Below, in pieces: positions 58,736 through 64,000 of a stretch of 64,000 nt of DNA (its first letter is position 1; each line of letters begins with the position of its first letter). The stretch comes from Steroidobacteraceae bacterium (GTDB taxonomy: Bacteria; Pseudomonadota; Gammaproteobacteria; Steroidobacterales; Steroidobacteraceae). The stretch is from contig DASQGK010000098.1 of NCBI GenBank assembly GCA_035632655.1, positions 7,810 through 71,809 of the forward strand. Direction: 5' to 3'. The notes under the pieces are model-generated. The model did not search any database. It was given only the letters and a program-made list of their open reading frames with translations, and had not been told where the DNA came from. A program made the position numbers and the translations under genes.

Positions 58736-61700
58736 TTACTTGGTGATCGAGAAGACCAGGTCCGCGCCGCGCGCCGTGCCGAGCTCGGTCTTGATCACCC
58801 AGTGATCGCCGAGCGTGTAACGCAGCTTGAGCGTATTCAGGGTCTCGGTGAGGCTCACGCCGTAACTCACGTACAGCCGCGGCGAGAGGTAGCGCCCGAC
58901 CACGAGCGAGGTCTCGTTGGCGATCGGGTCGGTCTCGAGGCTCACGTCGGGCAGGCCGACGCGCGAGCCCACCTGGGCGGCGAGCAGCGCCGCTCCCTGC
59001 CCCAGGGCCGCGTTGCCCGCGGTCCCCTGCGTCGAGCCGCCCGCGAGGATCAGCGACACGATCTGCGACTGCGGCAGCGGCGGGTCGGAGAAGAATGACA
59101 TGCGCGGCTGCTGCAGCGTGCCGCGCACGTTGATGCCTGCGGTCACGTCGGGGAACTCCTTGACGGCGCGCAGCTCCACGCCGGGATCCTCGATCGGGCC
59201 GCCCGTGAAGATGAGCCGGCCGCGCTGGATGTCGAGCTTGCGCGCGTAGGCGAGGTACTTGCCGTCCGCGACCGACAGCTCGCCGCTCGCGCGGGTTATC
59301 GCGTCATAACCGCTCCTGATGGTGACGCTGCCGGTGAGGCGGCCGGTGAGTCCCGACGTGTCGACCGAGACCTTGTCACCGAGCGTGAGCGTGATGGTGC
59401 TCATCACCTCGAAGCGCTCCGCCGGATTCTCCGGCTCGCTCCCGAGAATCACCTCGTCCGGTGAGGCGCGCACCGCGTTGGTGATGTCCTTCGGTGCGAT
59501 GTTGGCATACGGCACCGCCACCTTGCCCGTCACCTCGATGCGCCTGCCGGAGACGTCGAAGGCGAGGTCGGGCGAAGCGTCGATCTGCGCCTCGGGAGTA
59601 TCCACCACGCGCAGGCTCGTGCCCTCGAGATGCACCTTGCCGTAGGGCAGGAGGTTGCGCCATTCGAGGTGGCCGTTGGCGGCGGCGCTGCCGGCGCCGG
59701 CCTGCGCGCTGCCGGTAAAATCGAGGCCGCGTTCGCTGAGCGTGGCGGCCAGCGCCATCCGGCGCAGCCCCAGGTTCACCTGATAGAGATCGAGCTCCCC
59801 GTCGGCGAGGTTCACCGCTCCGTCGAGGAGCGGCGCACCCAGCGTGCCGCCGAAGTTCACGTCGGCGTGCAGCTGGCCCGAGGCGCGATCGATATCGGGG
59901 AGGTAGACGGACAGCAGGCCGAGGTTCGACGTTTCGGCGTGCAGGGCGCCGCTGAGCGGCATGTCCTGCCAGCGGCTGACGCCCCGCCGGGCATCGACCT
60001 GGGCGCGGATCGAGCCGACGTCGCCGTTCTCGAGCACCGCGGCGAGGCTGAGGAGCTCGGGCGTGGCGCTTGCGGTGATCGTGCCCGAGCCGATGCGGGT
60101 GTGCTCGATCTTCTTGCTTGCCAGGCGGTGCGACAGTGCCGCATCGGCCAGCTGTGCGCGCACGCTTCCCGTCACGGGCAGGTGCGCGCCGCCGGCTGCG
60201 CGCGCCAGCAGGTCGACCGTGCCCTGATACTGCACCGCGGGGGTCATGCCCGCGGTCAGCGCACTCAGGGGCAGCTGGTTGCTCATGAGCGTTGCGGTCC
60301 AGTGCTCCGGGCTCCAGTCGGCATCCGCGCACAGCGCGCCCGGGGTTCCGGCCAGACACAGCCACTCGACGTGCAGCCGCTGCCGCGAGGCGCTGAGTCC
60401 CACGGGGTGCTCGAGTGCGAGATTGAGCTGGTCGCGGCCCTTCACGGTGAGGCCCCGAAGCTCGCCCTGGAAGAGTCCGTGCGCGTACGCGCCGGCGGCG
60501 TCCGCGGCGAGCGCCAGTCCGGTGGCGTGGCCTTCCGCGTGGACACGATAGTCCGCGGGCGGACCCGTCAGCGTGAATGCCGCACTTTCGAGCGCGTGGC
60601 TCGCGTAGCTGAGCTGCGTCAGGTGCGCATCGATCTTCGAGGGACGCTGCGCCTCGGCAGGATTGAAGTCGATGTCGGCGTCGAGCCGCCCGATCCCGAT
60701 GCCGTCATAACTCAGCGTACGGCCGTGGGCGCTCGCCACGATGGCCGGGTCGGCGGCGGTGCCGCGCACCTGACCTGCGGCATTGAGCTCGCCGTGCAGC
60801 TCCGGGTCGAGCAGGCTCAGGTCCGAGCTTGCGAGCGTGAAGCGCAGATCGAGCGCACTTCCGGCGCGGCCGTCGAGGCCGAGAGTCGTACCGCCGACAG
60901 CCAGCCGCATCCGCTCGAACCCCAGGACGCCGGCGGTGCGGGTCACGGTGCCGCCGCCGCTGGCGCGCGCGCCGCGCAATTTGCCGCTCAAGCTCTGCAC
61001 GGTGACGCTCAGGTCGCCACGCGCGTCGAAGCCGCTGCCGGCGGCGGCCAGCGAGAAGTTGAGGCTCCCGGGAAGGTCGGCGCGCAGCGCGCCGGGATTG
61101 ATGCCGCTGAGCTGCCCGGTCAGCGACCAGCTGTCGCGTGGCGACCAGGCGAGCGCGCCGCTCATGCGCGCGTGTCCGTCGAGCAGGTCGAGGTCCGCCT
61201 GCTCGATGCCGAAGCTGTCCTTGCCCAGCGTGCCCCGGAGCTCGACCCGGCTCGCTGCCGTATCGCCGACGCTCGCCGTGCCTTGCGCCTGCACGTGGTA
61301 GTCGGGCAGCTGTCCCTGGAGCGTGAAGCTGCCGGAGGCGCTCTTCACCGCCGGCTCGCGTGCATTGAGCGGCCAGCGGAAGTCCTGCCACTCGCCGGTG
61401 AGGTCGAGCCTCGGTCCGTTGGGCACAATGGTGAAGGTGCCGGAACCGGTCGCGTGGGCGCCCGAGGCGGGGTGGCGCAGCTCCATGTGCCTCGCCGTCA
61501 GCACCCGGTCGGCGTAGGAGCCCTCGAAGCGCCCCTCGAACGGGCCGGCATGCAGGCCGGACGAATCGATGACGCCCCGGCCTTCGAATCCCCGCGCATC
61601 CCAGCTGACCCCGAGACGCGCCGTCATGACCCCGAGCGGGCTCGACACGCCCCACGCCCGCAGGTCGAAGTTCTCCACCAGCGCCTTGCCGACGATGCGC

Positions 61701-62449
61701 CACCGGCGGGTGAGATCGAGCGCCTCACCCGTGAAGTCGGCGCGGAACGGGCTCAATGAGTGGCCGGTGAGCTTGAGCGCATCGAGGTCGCCGCTGGCGG
61801 AGCCGTCCACGCTCCAGGGCGGTTGCCCGCCCGGCGTCCATTGCAGGCGCCCCTGGCCTTCGATCCCGAGTGGCTCGCGCGCCGTGAGCGTGCCGGTCGC
61901 ATCGAGCCGTGCGTCGCCGAACATGCCCTGGGACTGGAAGACGCGGATCGAGCGGTGACGGAGCACCGCCGCGCCGCTGACGTGAGTGAACTCGAGCCGC
62001 ACTCCGTTGAAGACCGAGATCACCGTATCGTCGACCGTGGCGTGCTCGACGCTGATCAGCAGCCAGCGCGGCAGGAAGATCGGCGGTCCGGGGGTCGAGG
62101 GGTGCGTGCGCCGCTTCACCTCGATGAGCGCGCTGTGCACCGTGGCGTCGCGCGCGCGGATGGTCTGCAGCAGCAGCGGCGCCAGCGCCACGCGGCCGTC
62201 GATTCCCTCGAACTTCAGGTGCACCAGCTCATGGTCGATCTCGACGCGATCGGCGTGCACACCGCTGGCGATCGTGCCTCTCACGCCGACGATGGTGAGG
62301 CGCACGGGGCCTAAGCGCTCGGGGAGGTGCCGGACCACGAACTGCAGCCCCGACTCGGTGAACAGCGCCAGCCCGGCGAGCGTCAGCGGTACCACGACGA
62401 TCACCAGCACCAGCAGGCAGGCGGCGGCGAGGATCAGTATGCGGCGCAT
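58736..62449 (-). CDS. tamB: translocation and assembly module protein TamB
   Basis: 1237 aa from ATG 62449. N-terminal signal-anchor MRRILILAAACLLVLVIVVV, a long beta-rich body, and a DUF490-like C-terminus ...LRYTLGDHWVIKTELGTARGADLVFSITK. Confidence 0.9.
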   Translation of the reverse strand: MRRILILAAACLLVLVIVVVPLTLAGLALFTESGLQFVVRHLPERLGPVRLTIVGVRGTIASGVHADRVEIDHELVHLKFEGIDGRVALAPLLLQTIRARDATVHSALIEVKRRTHPSTPGPPIFLPRWLLISVEHATVDDTVISVFNGVRLEFTHVSGAAVLRHRSIRVFQSQGMFGDARLDATGTLTAREPLGIEGQGRLQWTPGGQPPWSVDGSASGDLDALKLTGHSLSPFRADFTGEALDLTRRWRIVGKALVENFDLRAWGVSSPLGVMTARLGVSWDARGFEGRGVIDSSGLHAGPFEGRFEGSYADRVLTARHMELRHPASGAHATGSGTFTIVPNGPRLDLTGEWQDFRWPLNAREPAVKSASGSFTLQGQLPDYHVQAQGTASVGDTAASRVELRGTLGKDSFGIEQADLDLLDGHARMSGALAWSPRDSWSLTGQLSGINPGALRADLPGSLNFSLAAAGSGFDARGDLSVTVQSLSGKLRGARASGGGTVTRTAGVLGFERMRLAVGGTTLGLDGRAGSALDLRFTLASSDLSLLDPELHGELNAAGQVRGTAADPAIVASAHGRTLSYDGIGIGRLDADIDFNPAEAQRPSKIDAHLTQLSYASHALESAAFTLTGPPADYRVHAEGHATGLALAADAAGAYAHGLFQGELRGLTVKGRDQLNLALEHPVGLSASRQRLHVEWLCLAGTPGALCADADWSPEHWTATLMSNQLPLSALTAGMTPAVQYQGTVDLLARAAGGAHLPVTGSVRAQLADAALSHRLASKKIEHTRIGSGTITASATPELLSLAAVLENGDVGSIRAQVDARRGVSRWQDMPLSGALHAETSNLGLLSVYLPDIDRASGQLHADVNFGGTLGAPLLDGAVNLADGELDLYQVNLGLRRMALAATLSERGLDFTGSAQAGAGSAAANGHLEWRNLLPYGKVHLEGTSLRVVDTPEAQIDASPDLAFDVSGRRIEVTGKVAVPYANIAPKDITNAVRASPDEVILGSEPENPAERFEVMSTITLTLGDKVSVDTSGLTGRLTGSVTIRSGYDAITRASGELSVADGKYLAYARKLDIQRGRLIFTGGPIEDPGVELRAVKEFPDVTAGINVRGTLQQPRMSFFSDPPLPQSQIVSLILAGGSTQGTAGNAALGQGAALLAAQVGSRVGLPDVSLETDPIANETSLVVGRYLSPRLYVSYGVSLTETLNTLKLRYTLGDHWVIKTELGTARGADLVFSITK

Positions 62450-62463
62450 GGTGGGAGCGCCGC

Positions 62464-64000
62464 TCACAGCTTGGGCGAGAAATTGATGTGCAGGCGCGGG
62501 CCCGCGCCGGGGTTGTTGATGGGCTGCGCCACGTCGATGCCGAGCGTCAGCACCGGCGTGCGGAAGCGGATGCCCACACCCGCCGAATAGAACAGCTTGG
62601 TGCCGAAGTGATCGAAGGCGTTGCCGTAGTCGACGAAGGTCGCCCAGCCGAGGTTGCGCGGCAGATCGTGGATCACCTCGACGGTGCCGGTGATCACGTC
62701 CTTGCCGCCCACCTTGATGTAGCCGGCCACGGTCTGGCAGCTGCCGTCGGCGGTGCGCAGGAACTGACCGTTCGGACCCAGGGTGCACACCGGATCGGTC
62801 GGCGACAGCTGGTTGAAATAGAAGCCGCGCACGCTGTTGTCGCCGCCGGCGAAGAAGCGATAGATGGCGGGCAGCTGCGAGAAGCGCGACACCAGGCTTC
62901 CGCCCGCCTCCTCGCGCAGCAGCAGGTGCCACGGTCCCCCGAGGTGAAAGACGTTCTCGAGCTGCAGGTGCAGCTGAATGAAATTGGAGTCCGAGCCGAG
63001 CACGTTGTCGGAGCCGCGCAGCGTGGCGACGAAGGGGTACTGGAACAGCGGTTCGCCGAGATAATCCTTGGGGACCGACGCGAGATCGAGCTCCGGAACC
63101 AGCAGGCGGTCGGTGGTGGTGCCGTTCACATCCTCGCTTCTGGTGCGCACCACGAACAGCTTCCACACGTGCTGCCACCCGCCCGACACCACCGTGAAGC
63201 TCGGGCCCGCCGATTGCGTGTAGGCGGTCACGTCGGCGAGCGTCTGCTGCACGATGCTGGCGTTGAGCGCGAAGTGCTCGAGCGCCGGGTCGCCGACCGG
63301 GAACACATAGGCAGTCTGCAGCGCGTAGCGGGTGATGCGGGCGAACTGCAGCGCGGTGCTGAAGCTCTGGCCGCTGTCATTGATCCGATGATCCTCGAAG
63401 CCGAGTGTGGCGCGTGCCCCGGTGTCGGTGGCGTAGCCGGCACCGATCGAATAGCGGTGGCGGCGGCCGGGATCGGCCTGGATGTCGACCGGCACCCGGT
63501 GCGTGTCGGGGTCCGGAGTGCCCGGCCGCACCTCGAGGTTGGCGAAATACTGCGCGTCATCGAGCGCGAACTGCGTGCGCAGCACCTGCGTCAGATCGAA
63601 CAGGTCGCCTTCGTGGTAGCGCAGGTAACGGCGCACCAGGCTTTCCTTGATCACGCTCTGGCGGATGGTGGTCGCGCCGAAACGGTAGCGCGCCCCGGTC
63701 TCCATCTCGAGGGCGATGCGCGCCGAGTAGCTGGGCGGATCGACCAGCAGCTCGCTGCGCGTCAGCTTGGCGTCGAAGTAGCCGTAAGTCGCGGCGGTGC
63801 GCTGCAGGTCGGACTTGAGGGCTTCGTAGGCGGCGTGATTGAGACGCACGCCCTCGCTCAGCAGCGGGTGCGCGAGGATGCGTTTGAAGAGCGGGTCGCT
63901 CTCCCCGGGGCCGGTGACTTTCAGCTCCATGCTGGTCACCAGCACCGGCCGGCCGGGCCTGACGTCGACCACCACGCGCCACTCGTTGCGCCCGAGGTCG
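62464..64000 (-). CDS. tamA: translocation and assembly module protein TamA (Omp85 family), N-terminus beyond window
   Basis: The frame stays open to the window edge. POTRA-like segments are followed by an Omp85 barrel ending ...GAGPRLHINFSPKL. It lies directly upstream of tamB. Confidence 0.9.
   Translation of the reverse strand, partial: DLGRNEWRVVVDVRPGRPVLVTSMELKVTGPGESDPLFKRILAHPLLSEGVRLNHAAYEALKSDLQRTAATYGYFDAKLTRSELLVDPPSYSARIALEMETGARYRFGATTIRQSVIKESLVRRYLRYHEGDLFDLTQVLRTQFALDDAQYFANLEVRPGTPDPDTHRVPVDIQADPGRRHRYSIGAGYATDTGARATLGFEDHRINDSGQSFSTALQFARITRYALQTAYVFPVGDPALEHFALNASIVQQTLADVTAYTQSAGPSFTVVSGGWQHVWKLFVVRTRSEDVNGTTTDRLLVPELDLASVPKDYLGEPLFQYPFVATLRGSDNVLGSDSNFIQLHLQLENVFHLGGPWHLLLREEAGGSLVSRFSQLPAIYRFFAGGDNSVRGFYFNQLSPTDPVCTLGPNGQFLRTADGSCQTVAGYIKVGGKDVITGTVEVIHDLPRNLGWATFVDYGNAFDHFGTKLFYSAGVGIRFRTPVLTLGIDVAQPINNPGAGPRLHINFSPKL

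Noticed and set aside
59630-61759. 709-aa + strand ORF.
   Set aside because: It is antisense to tamB and is a GC-rich shadow ORF.

Overview
Very GC-rich, gene-dense chromosomal core segment; third codon positions are almost all G/C. There are about 60 protein genes on both strands, many joined by ATGA/GTGA/TTGA stop-start overlaps, plus one tRNA. I saw no rRNA, transposase, phage gene or CRISPR array. Gene content and synteny suggest a Gammaproteobacterium of the Xanthomonadales/Nevskiales-like type; this is an inference. The synteny blocks used are trpBA, ubiE-ubiJ-ubiB, dapF-DUF484-xerC-hslVU, engB/cytochrome c4/dsbA next to polA, and tamAB. All functional calls come from motifs I recognised by eye in the ORF-track translations. 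Start codons were chosen from frame arithmetic, RBS and overlap logic, and may be off by a few codons. The many long Arg/Ala/Gly/His-rich ORFs antisense to real genes are high-GC artefacts.

Most interesting items:
1. An eight-gene, ArgR-headed arginine operon (argR-argG-X-argC-argD-argF'-argB-argH). It carries an uncharacterised BioD/CobQ-class P-loop gene (X) and has no NAGS/OAT or deacetylase gene.
2. A divergent module of a degenerate-GGDEF/EAL sensor protein facing an operon for a type-1-copper-like periplasmic protein and an outer-membrane barrel.
3. A promoter-plus-intrinsic-terminator unit in the polA/engB neighbourhood, the classical Spot 42/ErsA position. It is a candidate sRNA.
4. 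A tandem triplication of small OM barrel genes that differ mainly in predicted loops.
5. A 39-codon ribosomal protein THX gene absent from the ORF track, next to an RRM RNA-binding protein gene.
6. A palindrome array upstream of an ArsR-family regulator.
7. A three-gene flavoprotein-KorA-KorB 2-oxoacid oxidoreductase cluster.
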